Positions 54,805-63,793 of a DNA stretch of 64,000 nucleotides are shown here, piece by piece (the first letter of the stretch is position 1; each line of letters starts with the position of its first letter). The stretch comes from an uncultured Erysipelotrichaceae bacterium (GTDB lineage Bacteria > Bacillota_I > Bacilli_A > RFN20 > CAG-826). Made by a program: the position numbers and the translations under genes. Location of the stretch: assembly GCA_902797855.1 (NCBI GenBank), contig CADBUI010000010.1, positions 39,370 to 103,369 on the forward strand, given 5' to 3'. The notes under the pieces are model-generated. The model was not told the origin of the DNA. It saw nothing but the letters and a program-made list of their open reading frames with translations, and ran no database searches.

Positions 54805-55964
54805 TATTTTGCCTTTTTACTTGCGATTTTATTGCTTGATAAGGTGATAGAAACACCTTTTGGAACATAGATTCTTAGTTTCTCTCCATGTCCTAAATAA
54901 GATATCCATCCAAGACCTTGGATATTGATATCTCTAGAAAGTTTATCATTCGCATCTACTCCGTAGATATCTAAATCTTTAATTGATTTAATGGATTTAA
55001 GAGATGGGGTGAGACTACCTTTAGAAATAGCTTTAATAAAGCCTTCTTCAACTTTATGGTTCACTACTTTCTTTAAGTCCACCGCATCATGGAAATAACA
55101 TGAAAGCGCAAAGCGATGTTTTTTATTATCTTTAACTAAAGATACCATTGCGATTCCACCGATGAATAAGGCTGATACTTTAGATAGATAGACAACTCGT
55201 TTTTCAACTGGTTTAGTAAGATAAATCTTACGGAGAGTTGATTGATCTAGATTATGGAGGATGGAATTATTATCATCAATACCTGGAACATCATAGATTG
55301 TTTCATTTTTATTTAATGGAATTCTCATGACTCTAATATCAGTACCAGGATATCTATCCGTAACTATGTTACGGTTTGATAAATTCTTATATACTTTTAA
55401 GAAGGCATTTAAGAGTGTTGTCTTTCCGGAGAGCTTTGCTCCAATAACATAGACATCTTTATCACCTTTAAGTTCATATACTTTACTGCCAAAAGCTCTA
55501 ATTGCTTCATCATCAAAGGCCGATTCAATTAAGATATTGGCAAGTTTGACTTTAAGTCCACTAGTCAAAAATCTATGAGCAACATATTTTTTAACGTGGC
55601 TTGGATCTGTTCCTTCAGGAAGAAGGTCAAATTTAGAGGCCACCACTAAGATATTTGTGTCAGAAAGAATTTCGTTAATTTTGCTAGAGAAGGAAGCTTC
55701 AAAAGAAACAAGGTTTACTACGTAAACAATAAGAGCGTTTTTCTTTTTCGCATCTCTTATTAATTTAAGTAAATCTTCTGAAACATCAGGTTCATTAGAA
55801 TGCTGGTGATATTTTTCTTTTCTAAAACATTCTTCACAAAAATAGAAAGGTTGGAATTCACTTTCAAGTAATTCCTTTTTAATGTAACCAGGCTGAGAAG
55901 GATCATCACATTGGAGAATGCTTCCACAGTTGTAACATTGTTTGACTTCTTTAATTTGAGCCAT
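54804..55964 (-). CDS. yqeH: ribosome biogenesis GTPase YqeH
   Basis: N-terminal zinc knuckle CYNCG...CEEC and a circularly permuted G-domain (ASKFDLL...GAKLSGKTT). Confidence 0.9.
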   Translation of the reverse strand: MAQIKEVKQCYNCGSILQCDDPSQPGYIKKELLESEFQPFYFCEECFRKEKYHQHSNEPDVSEDLLKLIRDAKKKNALIVYVVNLVSFEASFSSKINEILSDTNILVVASKFDLLPEGTDPSHVKKYVAHRFLTSGLKVKLANILIESAFDDEAIRAFGSKVYELKGDKDVYVIGAKLSGKTTLLNAFLKVYKNLSNRNIVTDRYPGTDIRVMRIPLNKNETIYDVPGIDDNNSILHNLDQSTLRKIYLTKPVEKRVVYLSKVSALFIGGIAMVSLVKDNKKHRFALSCYFHDAVDLKKVVNHKVEEGFIKAISKGSLTPSLKSIKSIKDLDIYGVDANDKLSRDINIQGLGWISYLGHGEKLRIYVPKGVSITLSSNKIASKKAK

Positions 55965-55968
55965 ATTC

Positions 55969-56484
55969 TTAACCTACTTCCTTTAATAAATTCTTTCTTT
56001 TTAAACTTCTTCTAATTGGTCTATCAAATAGACGGTTGAAATGTGTGGTTGGTTGGTCCTCTTTAACAATCTTGTCTGTTAATATGCTTCTAAGCCCACT
56101 TAGATTAGCGGAGCATATATCAGTGACCGTTTGGTCCCCTACCATAATAACATTATCTTTATCTAAAGATAATTCCTTAAGAGCTTTCTTGATATTCTTT
56201 GAGAATGGCTTTCCAATTGAAGGAATAAATCTCACACCTAACTTAGAGGCGTATGGTTCCACTCTTTTTTTAGTATTATTAGAAACAATAATAAGTTCTA
56301 TGCCCGCCTCATCATATAGTTCTTTTAAGACAAGCGCGGAATTACTTGGAGATTTGCTTCTATATGAATCAAGAGTGTTATCAAGATCAACAAGCACGGT
56401 TGTCACGTTTATCGATTTAAGAAAAGCAATTGGAACATCATAAATCGATTTTGCATGATAAGTCGGAATGTATCTCTTAAGCAT
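55969..56484 (-). CDS. yqeG: HAD-family phosphatase YqeG
   Basis: Start at MLKRYIPTY (56484), matching Bacillus YqeG. DLDNTL and VSNN motifs. The track start at 56577 is rejected. Confidence 0.88.
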   Translation of the reverse strand: MLKRYIPTYHAKSIYDVPIAFLKSINVTTVLVDLDNTLDSYRSKSPSNSALVLKELYDEAGIELIIVSNNTKKRVEPYASKLGVRFIPSIGKPFSKNIKKALKELSLDKDNVIMVGDQTVTDICSANLSGLRSILTDKIVKEDQPTTHFNRLFDRPIRRSLKRKNLLKEVG

Positions 56485-56567
56485 ATAATTATTATACTGA
56501 AAACTCTTACAAAAGATAATTCTTTTGAAAGAAAATGAGTATATATTAGATATAGACATAAATTTAC

Positions 56568-56610
56568 GTGTTGACAATGTGTTGACAAACGCAACATTAA
56601 TAAAGATAAT
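56568..56610 (+). promoter_or_regulatory. promoter/operator of the dinJ-yafQ module
   Basis: Tandem GTGTTGACAA repeats (56568-56577, 56579-56588). The second TTGACA is followed by a 17-nt spacer and GATAAT (56605-56610). Confidence 0.55.
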
Positions 56611-56628
56611 ATTTATGAGGTATCATCT

Positions 56629-56892
56629 ATGGCAAATGTCAACGTTAGAATCGACCAAAATCTCAAAGAAGAAGCTGAAGAGATTTTTTCTAAACTTGGT
56701 ATCACTGCTTCCACTGCTATTAACTTGTTTTACAAACAAGTAATTAGAGAAAATGGCATTCCATTTGAACTAAAACTTGATGTTCCAAATAGAAAAACAG
56801 TCAAAGCAATCAAAGAATCAGAAAAAATGGCTAAAGATGGTAAAAAAGGGTGTGACAATATCGAGGAGCTCAAAAAAGAACTAAATGTATGA
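56629..56892 (+). CDS. dinJ: type II antitoxin, RelB/DinJ family
   Basis: 87 aa. The N-terminal RHH segment NVRIDQNLKEEAEEIFSKLGITASTAINLFYKQV is typical of DinJ. Confidence 0.88.
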   Translation: MANVNVRIDQNLKEEAEEIFSKLGITASTAINLFYKQVIRENGIPFELKLDVPNRKTVKAIKESEKMAKDGKKGCDNIEELKKELNV

Positions 56893-57179
56893 AATTGTCA
56901 ATTAGGTTCACATCCCAATTCAAAAAAGACCTAAAACTAGCACAAAAACAAAACAAAGACCTTTACAAACTATTTGATATCATTGAAAAAATTGCTAATT
57001 GCGAACCATTACCAGAAAAATACAAAGACCATTGTCTTTCTGGTCAATATTCAAATTGCAGAGAATGCCATATAGAGCCAGATTTTCTTATGATTTATAG
57101 AATAGAAAAAGATTTAGTAATGTTAATGTTGCTAAGACTAGGTTCTCATTCTGAATTATTCAAAAAACACAGTCGTTAA
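56889..57179 (+). CDS. yafQ: type II toxin, YafQ/RelE family mRNA interferase
   Basis: 96 aa with FKKDLK, KDHCLSG...RECHIEPDFLMIY and RLGSHSELF. ATGA overlap with dinJ. Confidence 0.88.
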   Translation: MKLSIRFTSQFKKDLKLAQKQNKDLYKLFDIIEKIANCEPLPEKYKDHCLSGQYSNCRECHIEPDFLMIYRIEKDLVMLMLLRLGSHSELFKKHSR

Positions 57180-57191
57180 TGGCTGTGTTTT
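57164..57191. terminator. bidirectional terminator between yafQ and parC
   Basis: AAAACACAG-N10-CTGTGTTTT with A/T runs on both sides. Confidence 0.7.
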
Positions 57192-57198
57192 TGTTTGC

Positions 57199-59844
57199 TT
57201 ATTTATCATCTAGGAAGTCATCGTCGAAGATTGATATTTGAGTATAGGTTTTTTCTTCCTCGACTTTTTCTTCTTTTTCGTTAGGAATTTCTGGGGTGAT
57301 ATCCTCTAAAACTTCTTCGCTATTTTCCTCGACTTTTTCCACTGGTTTTACGTAATGACTGACAGTGTCTTTTCCGATGCGTTTTTCACCAGTTTGATAG
57401 ACGACTTCAAGCACCGATTTTCTTGGTAAAGTAACGTTAGATTTTGCGTACTTATCAATAGGTGTAACATGGTAGTCATCAATCTTGATTTCGATAGTCG
57501 ATTTTAGTGAGGTTAACACTCTTAAGAGTGTTGGATTATCTTTATCCTCAACTTTTTCAACGTGAATTAAGAGGTGCTTGTCGCTCTTAAATGAACGGAA
57601 AATTTCGTTTTGTTTTCCAAGTCGATTTACCACTGGAGTATTCGCTACATCATAGATACGAGTACAACCCTTATCTGTGAGTAAAATTACCTTACCTTTT
57701 GTCGCGTCTTTTTCATAGGCTAAAATTCCGCTAACAAGGGCACCATTCATCTTGGATAAGCCTTTTACTCCACCACCCTTTAATGAGGCGTTAGGAAGGC
57801 TATTTTCATTGAAGGCAGTTGATCTACCATCATCAGTGAATAAGACGATGTTAGAATCTCCAGTTGTGAACACTGCATCAACAAGTTCATCATCACTTAA
57901 TAGCTTCATGCATGTAAGTGCCTTGCTATATCTAATAACAGAGAATAATGAGGTTGGTAATCTCTTGATTTGTCCAAAGTGAGTCACAAGTGTAAAGAAT
58001 AAATCATCTCTAAAGCTTTCAAGTACGTATGCGCGCACTATCTTTTCATTAGGATTAAGCGAGACTAGATAGTTGATGTGTTTACCTTCTTCTTTCCACT
58101 TATTTTCCATTGTTTCATGCACTGGAATATGTAAGAAGTTACCTAAATTTGTAAAACAAATTAGGTAATCAGTAGTCATTGCTGGGCCTGCAAAAACAAG
58201 AGCGTCGCCTTCTTTAAGTCCTGGGAGAGGATTATCTCCACTACTACGATATGACTTAACAGTTGAACGTTTAATATATCCATCACGAGTGACCGCTAAA
58301 TAAACTTCTTCTTTTGCGATTAAGTCACGTTTATCAATGGTCGTGGATTCACCACTCTTATCCTCAATAAGAGTTTTTCTATCTTGACCGAATGTTGAAG
58401 CAATATTCTTTAAATCAGAAACGATAACTCTATCAAGTTTCTTTCTATCGGAAAGAATTCCTTCTAGTTTTTCAATTGTTTTTTCTAACTCTTTCTTTTC
58501 GTTAACAAAAACGGTGACATCAGTGTTAGATAATTTGTAAAGTTGAAGCATAACGATTGCTTCACTTTGAGGTTCACTGAATCCGAACTTACTTTGTAAG
58601 TTAAGTTTTGCGTCCGATTTATCTTTAGAACTTCTAATCGTATGAATTACTTCATCGACAATTGAGACTGCTCTAATTAAACCATCAACGATTTCTAGTC
58701 TTGATTTTGATTTATTTAAATCAAATTTAGAACGTCTAGTAATTACATCTACTTGGTGATCAATATAGCTATCAACAAAGTCGAGAATATTCATGGTTTT
58801 TGGTGAACCATTCACAATTGCGACCATATTTGGTGAATAAAATACTCTTAATGAAGTTTTACTCATTAAATATTTGTAAATTGCATCAACATTTGCTTCT
58901 TTTTTAAGATCGATTGCGATTCTAATTCCAGTATAGTCAGATTCATCTCTAACTTCTTGGATACCATTAATAACCTTATCATGTCTAATTTTGTCTATTT
59001 CATAGACAGCTTGGTTTTTAATAACTCCAAAAGGAATCTCATGAATGATAATTTGTTTAGTTTTACCATCATCAATAATTTCAGTTTTTGAACTTACTTC
59101 AATTCTTCCTCGACCTTTTAAATATGTGTCGATAAGTCCTTGAGAACGATAAATAATTCCACCAGTTGGGAAATCTGGACCAGGAATAAATTTTAGTAAA
59201 TCTTCACATGTCACGTTAACGTGACAAATACGGTAGATGATTGCATCAATAACTTCTCTAAGGTTATGAGGAGGAATATCTGTTGCCATAGCAACAGCAA
59301 TACCTTCTGTACCATTAACAAGTAAATTTGGGAAACGAGATGGCATGACCACTGGCTCATAAGCGTGGTCATCAAATGTGAGCGACATATCAACTGTGTC
59401 TTTATCGATATCTCTCACCATTTCTTCAGCGATTAAAGAAAGTCTGGCTTCAGTATATCGATACGCGGCTGGACTATCTCCATCGATAGAACCATTGTTA
59501 CCTTGGAAGTCAATTAATGGACAATTATTCTTCCAAGATTGGCTCATTCTAACAAGAGCTTCGTAGATAGATGAGTCACCATGTGGATGGTATTCACCCA
59601 TAACCCCACCTACGGTGTGGGCGCATTTTCTTGTTGGTTTATTGATAGTATTGCCATTTTTATACATGTAATAAATGATTCTTCTTTGGACAGGTTTAAG
59701 TCCATCACGAGCATCAGGAATTGCACGATCTTGAATGACGTATTTAGCGTAGATTGCATAGCGGGTACCCATGATTTCTTCCATGGTTTCGCTATGAATA
59801 TTTTCAACAATCTCTTCGACGAGTTCTTCTTTTTTCTTAGCCAT
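57199..59844 (-). CDS. parC: DNA topoisomerase IV subunit A
   Basis: 881 aa. GyrA/ParC N-terminus (DGLKPVQRRI, active-site AAYRYTE) with no GyrA-box. plsY-parE-parC context as in Bacillus. Acidic C-terminal tail. Confidence 0.85.
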   Translation of the reverse strand: MAKKKEELVEEIVENIHSETMEEIMGTRYAIYAKYVIQDRAIPDARDGLKPVQRRIIYYMYKNGNTINKPTRKCAHTVGGVMGEYHPHGDSSIYEALVRMSQSWKNNCPLIDFQGNNGSIDGDSPAAYRYTEARLSLIAEEMVRDIDKDTVDMSLTFDDHAYEPVVMPSRFPNLLVNGTEGIAVAMATDIPPHNLREVIDAIIYRICHVNVTCEDLLKFIPGPDFPTGGIIYRSQGLIDTYLKGRGRIEVSSKTEIIDDGKTKQIIIHEIPFGVIKNQAVYEIDKIRHDKVINGIQEVRDESDYTGIRIAIDLKKEANVDAIYKYLMSKTSLRVFYSPNMVAIVNGSPKTMNILDFVDSYIDHQVDVITRRSKFDLNKSKSRLEIVDGLIRAVSIVDEVIHTIRSSKDKSDAKLNLQSKFGFSEPQSEAIVMLQLYKLSNTDVTVFVNEKKELEKTIEKLEGILSDRKKLDRVIVSDLKNIASTFGQDRKTLIEDKSGESTTIDKRDLIAKEEVYLAVTRDGYIKRSTVKSYRSSGDNPLPGLKEGDALVFAGPAMTTDYLICFTNLGNFLHIPVHETMENKWKEEGKHINYLVSLNPNEKIVRAYVLESFRDDLFFTLVTHFGQIKRLPTSLFSVIRYSKALTCMKLLSDDELVDAVFTTGDSNIVLFTDDGRSTAFNENSLPNASLKGGGVKGLSKMNGALVSGILAYEKDATKGKVILLTDKGCTRIYDVANTPVVNRLGKQNEIFRSFKSDKHLLIHVEKVEDKDNPTLLRVLTSLKSTIEIKIDDYHVTPIDKYAKSNVTLPRKSVLEVVYQTGEKRIGKDTVSHYVKPVEKVEENSEEVLEDITPEIPNEKEEKVEEEKTYTQISIFDDDFLDDK

Positions 59845-59845
59845 C

Positions 59846-61792
59846 TTATTTCACCTCGTCCATGAAGGAGTCAACTTCGTTGAAGTTCACATTTTCCTCC
59901 ACCCATTTTCTTCTAATCTGGGTATCATTACCCATTAAAACATTCACTCTTTGTTCTGCTAAAAGAGGGTCTTCAATGCTAACTTTTAAAAGTTGTCTTG
60001 TCTTTGGATTCATGGTGGATTCCCAAAGTTGGAAATCGTTCATTTCACCAAGACCTTTATATCGGTTAACTTTATAACCTGGACCAATTTCTTTCTTGGC
60101 TTTTTCTAAGTCGACATCATCCCAAGCATAACGATAATTAATCTTATGATTAACTTCTTTCCAAACACGGTATAAAGGTGGCATCGCCACAAAGAGTTTA
60201 CCTTTCAAAATTAAAGGTTTCATATAGTGATAGAAGAATGTTAAAAGTAGTGTTTGAATATGTGCACCATCAGTATCAGCATCAGTCATGATGATAACTT
60301 TTCCATAGTGAGAATTATCTGGATTAAAGTCTTCACCAACACCTGCTCCGATCGTAGAAATGAGGGTTGCGAATTCTTCATTTTTAAGCATTCTATCTTT
60401 TGTAACTACTTCAGTATTAAGTGGTTTACCACGAAGTGGTAATATTGCTTGGTGAATTTTATCACGTCCACTTTTTGCAGTTCCTCCAGCCGAATCACCT
60501 TCAACGATAAATAATTCGTTATGATCATAGTCTTTTGATTGAGCAGGAGTGAGTTTATCCGAAAGAATCATTTCGGATTTACTCTTTTTATTATTTGAAC
60601 GTGCTTCATCTTTAGCTTTTCTAGCAGCAATACGTGCCGTTTGAGAATCAACACATTTTCTAATTAAATTAACCGCGAATTCTTTATGTTCGTTTAAATA
60701 GTATGTGAAATTTGTATAAATAAAGTTATTAACTATAGTTAAAGCTTCAGGAGTACCAAGTTTATGCTTGGTTTGACCTTCATATTCAATCTTCTGTTCA
60801 GGTATCTTTAAGGAGATGATTGCAGTTAATCCTTCGCGTATGTCTCCTCCTTCAAGCTTTGCTTTTCCTTTGAGAAGGTTATTTTCTTCAGCGTAATCAT
60901 TAACTGCTTTAGTAATACCAGCCTTGAAACCAGATTCATGAGTACCACCATCACGTGTTCTAACGTTATTGGCGTAGCTATAAATGGTCTCAGAGTAGTC
61001 TTTATAGGCATATTGAATTGCAAATTCCATTTTGATTGAGGATTCTTCTCCTTCAAAGAAAATAATATCTCCCATAGGAGTTTTATTTGCATTAAGAGTA
61101 CTTAAGTACTCTTTGATACCTTCTTCATAGCAATATTCAACTTTTTTGCCTTCTCTTTCGTCGATGACGATGAATTTTACGCCTTTTAATAGGAAGGCTG
61201 ATTCTTGCACATGAGCACAAATAGTGTCGTATTTAAATTCGACACTAGAGAAGATTTTTGGATCAGGTTTAAAGCGAATAAGTGATCCGTGCTTCTTAGT
61301 TGTGCCAAGTACTTCAAGAGGAGTAACAAGCTTACCACCATCTTCGAAACGAAGATGGTTTATCTTCCCATCACGGAAAATTGTGACATCGCAATATAAG
61401 CTAAGAGCATTGGTAACTGCACTACCAACACCATGTAAACCAGCACTTGATGTATAAACCTTGTTTGAGAATTTACCACCAGAGTGAAGTGTTGAGAATA
61501 TTAATTGAACGGCTGGCATATGTGTTGACTTATGCATATCAACTGGAATACCACGTCCTTCATCTAAAACTGAGAGAGAACCATCCTTATGGATGGTAAT
61601 CACAATAGTTTTTCCATAACCACTTAAAGCTTCATCGACAGCGTTATCAACAATTTCCCACACTAAATGATGAAGACCATTTAAGTTGGTTGATCCGATA
61701 TACATTGCAGGTCTTTTTCTGACACCAGTAAGGCCTTCCAAAATCTCAATATCCGCCGCTGTATATGATGTTTTTGCGTTATTTTCTGCCAT
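59846..61792 (-). CDS. parE: DNA topoisomerase IV subunit B
   Basis: 648 aa with a GHKL ATPase (LHHLVWEIVDNAVDE), Toprim EGDSAGG and PLRGK. Confidence 0.85.
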   Translation of the reverse strand: MAENNAKTSYTAADIEILEGLTGVRKRPAMYIGSTNLNGLHHLVWEIVDNAVDEALSGYGKTIVITIHKDGSLSVLDEGRGIPVDMHKSTHMPAVQLIFSTLHSGGKFSNKVYTSSAGLHGVGSAVTNALSLYCDVTIFRDGKINHLRFEDGGKLVTPLEVLGTTKKHGSLIRFKPDPKIFSSVEFKYDTICAHVQESAFLLKGVKFIVIDEREGKKVEYCYEEGIKEYLSTLNANKTPMGDIIFFEGEESSIKMEFAIQYAYKDYSETIYSYANNVRTRDGGTHESGFKAGITKAVNDYAEENNLLKGKAKLEGGDIREGLTAIISLKIPEQKIEYEGQTKHKLGTPEALTIVNNFIYTNFTYYLNEHKEFAVNLIRKCVDSQTARIAARKAKDEARSNNKKSKSEMILSDKLTPAQSKDYDHNELFIVEGDSAGGTAKSGRDKIHQAILPLRGKPLNTEVVTKDRMLKNEEFATLISTIGAGVGEDFNPDNSHYGKVIIMTDADTDGAHIQTLLLTFFYHYMKPLILKGKLFVAMPPLYRVWKEVNHKINYRYAWDDVDLEKAKKEIGPGYKVNRYKGLGEMNDFQLWESTMNPKTRQLLKVSIEDPLLAEQRVNVLMGNDTQIRRKWVEENVNFNEVDSFMDEVK

Positions 61793-61841
61793 TTTTAAGT
61801 ATTTTTCCTAAATTTCAAAGTTGATTATATCAAATAAAAAG

Positions 61842-61869
61842 TTGAAAAGTAAAATCTATTTTATATAAT
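61842..61869 (+). promoter_or_regulatory. candidate plsY promoter
   Basis: TTGAAA (61842-61847), 16-nt spacer, TATAAT (61864-61869). Confidence 0.55.
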
Positions 61870-61896
61870 AGATACGTTGTCTCAGGGGGAATTTAT

Positions 61897-62679
61897 ATGG
61901 ATATTATTTTATATAATATATTGGTCGGATTTTGCTCATTACTTTTAGGCTATCTTTTTGGTTCAATCCCTACTGGAGTCATCTTTGGAAAGATCTTTTT
62001 TAATAGTGACGTAAGGAATTTTGGTTCAAAAAACTCAGGTGGTACAAACGTTGCAAGAGTCTATGGAAAAAAGTATGGAATCATTGTCATCTTGCTCGAT
62101 ATGGTCAAAGTCGCGATCCCATTAATTGCTGTCTGGGCTATTTTTAAATTCTCATCCCTCCAAGCCTTCTTTGCTGATCAACTCGGAAAAGAAATGTGGA
62201 ATCCAGTATTATATATCTACCTTGCACCTTTAGGTGCATCCCTTGGACATTGCTGGCCATTATATGCTGGATTTAAAGGTGGAAAAACTGTTTCAGTCTT
62301 CTGCGGATTTGCAATTGCTACTAACTGGTTGCTCTTTGTAACTGGTGCAGCTACGTTCTTCATCACTCTTAAAAAGACTAAATTTGTCTCTATCTCAAGC
62401 ATGCTTACCGCGACAGTCGCATCTATTCTTGCGTGGGTCCTATTTATTCTTAAAATTACTCTTCTAGCTAACCAACCAGTTTGGCTCCAAGAATTAACAA
62501 TGTGGGGTGCTGGAAACTATGTTGTTTGTGGCTGGGAATACGCCTCAGTTATAACAATCATCGCCGCGCTATTAATTGTCCGTCATAAAGCCAATATTGT
62601 CCGACTTTTAAACGGTACAGAATTACCAGTTGGAAGTAAGAAAAATCAAGGTAACTCATCGGAAGAGATTAGTAGGTAA
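61897..62679 (+). CDS. plsY: glycerol-3-phosphate acyltransferase PlsY
   Basis: 260 aa with GSIPTG, FGSKNSGGTNV and HCWPLYAGFKGGK motifs. It is longer than the ~200 aa I recall as typical. Confidence 0.9.
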   Translation: MDIILYNILVGFCSLLLGYLFGSIPTGVIFGKIFFNSDVRNFGSKNSGGTNVARVYGKKYGIIVILLDMVKVAIPLIAVWAIFKFSSLQAFFADQLGKEMWNPVLYIYLAPLGASLGHCWPLYAGFKGGKTVSVFCGFAIATNWLLFVTGAATFFITLKKTKFVSISSMLTATVASILAWVLFILKITLLANQPVWLQELTMWGAGNYVVCGWEYASVITIIAALLIVRHKANIVRLLNGTELPVGSKKNQGNSSEEISR

Positions 62680-62955
62680 TTAGTAGTTTTTTAGTTAATA
62701 TTAGCACTGTTAATAACTTGTCCACTTAATCCAAATATCTCAAAAATGTTTCGATTAAATGGACATTTTTAATTGACGTTTTTTGATTTATCCACATTCA
62801 CCACTTCTATAGCGCTATAAAAAGTATGGTGCTATTTTCTAACCTTCATTTTAGACTTAAATTTTGCTTAAATTGGATTTAGTTTTTTCGTCCACTACCA
62901 CCACTGTTATCATCGTCATTTTGTCTTTAATTTCACCCTAATTTTGATAAGAAAA

Positions 62956-62977
62956 AGCGCCCAAATTTATGGACGCT
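62956..62977 (-). terminator. terminator after the UPF0154 gene
   Basis: Minus strand AGCGTCC-N8-GGGCGCT followed by TTTTTCTT. Confidence 0.65.
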
Positions 62978-62999
62978 AATTCGAGTTGATTTTAAGTGA

Positions 63000-63221
63000 T
63001 TATTGATTGCGCTTCATTGAGTTCATAACTGCTCTAACTTGAGCTTCAGAAGGCTTGCGGCCCATCTGCATGAACATCGCGCGAATCATGTTTTCATTAA
63101 CTGGTGGATTCTTTTCGAGCTCTTTCTTGAAGAACCATCTTGCTAGGAAGAATCCAACAACTGCGCCTACGAGTAAGACGCCTACTAAAGCAAGAATAAA
63201 TGCCCAAATTTCAATTGTCAT
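63000..63221 (-). CDS. UPF0154 (YneF-like) small membrane protein
   Basis: 73 aa with an N-terminal TM helix followed by NPPVNENMIRAMFMQMGRKPSEAQV, typical of YneF. Confidence 0.85.
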   Translation of the reverse strand: MTIEIWAFILALVGVLLVGAVVGFFLARWFFKKELEKNPPVNENMIRAMFMQMGRKPSEAQVRAVMNSMKRNQ

Positions 63222-63232
63222 GTTCTTGCCTC

Positions 63233-63793
63233 TTATTTGTTAGCACGGCCATCGTATTCGCCATTATCTGTACGAACAAGAATGGTTTCACCATTATTGA
63301 TGAATAATGGGACTCTAAGTTTATAACCTGTTTCAACAACTGCGTTCTTCATAGCCTTGTTAACGGTGTCGCCTCTAACAGCTGGTTCACAATCAGTGAT
63401 TTGAAGTGAAACGCTGCTTGGAAGAGTGATACCAAGGATTTCTGATTCATAGAATAAGATATCGATTTCAAGGTTTGGAGTAAGGAAATTCATTTCCCAT
63501 TCGAGTTTGCTTTTAGCAATTTCGATTTGTTCATAGGTTGAGTTATCCATAAAGACAAGGTTATCACCAGCATCATATAGATAAGCCATTTTTTTCTTAT
63601 CTAAGATAGCTTTTTCAACATCATAACCAGAGTTACGAGCAAGTTCGGTAATAGCACCTGTACGCATGTCTTTGGCTTTAACTTTTGCAACCATCTTACG
63701 CATTGCAGTTTTGTTTAATAAGATATCTAAAACTTGATAAAGTTTTCCTTCATCAATGAAATAGTTACCAGGTCTAAGTTCTGTAACGTTCAT
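63233..63793 (-). CDS. efp: elongation factor P (non-canonical loop)
   Basis: 186 aa. It aligns without gaps to Bacillus EF-P (RTGAI, YLYDAGD..VFMD..TYEQIEI, RGDT...VETG..L.VPLFI), but the KPGKG loop reads NKTAMRK. Confidence 0.88.
   Translation of the reverse strand: MNVTELRPGNYFIDEGKLYQVLDILLNKTAMRKMVAKVKAKDMRTGAITELARNSGYDVEKAILDKKKMAYLYDAGDNLVFMDNSTYEQIEIAKSKLEWEMNFLTPNLEIDILFYESEILGITLPSSVSLQITDCEPAVRGDTVNKAMKNAVVETGYKLRVPLFINNGETILVRTDNGEYDGRANK

Noticed and set aside
57199-61792. Possibility that the type II topoisomerase pair is gyrB-gyrA.
   Set aside because: The A subunit has no GyrA-box (QRRGGKG-like) in its C-terminal domain, and the pair sits next to plsY as parE-parC does in Bacillus. 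Called topoisomerase IV, with some residual uncertainty.
62788-62796. Perfect DnaA box TTATCCACA plus weaker TCCAC-containing sites, raising the possibility of an origin or a DnaA-box cluster.
   Set aside because: From base composition about 0.7 perfect boxes are expected by chance in this window. The other sites match only 6-7 of 9 positions. No dnaA/dnaN is nearby, and the adjacent topoisomerase genes are parE/parC, not gyrB/gyrA.
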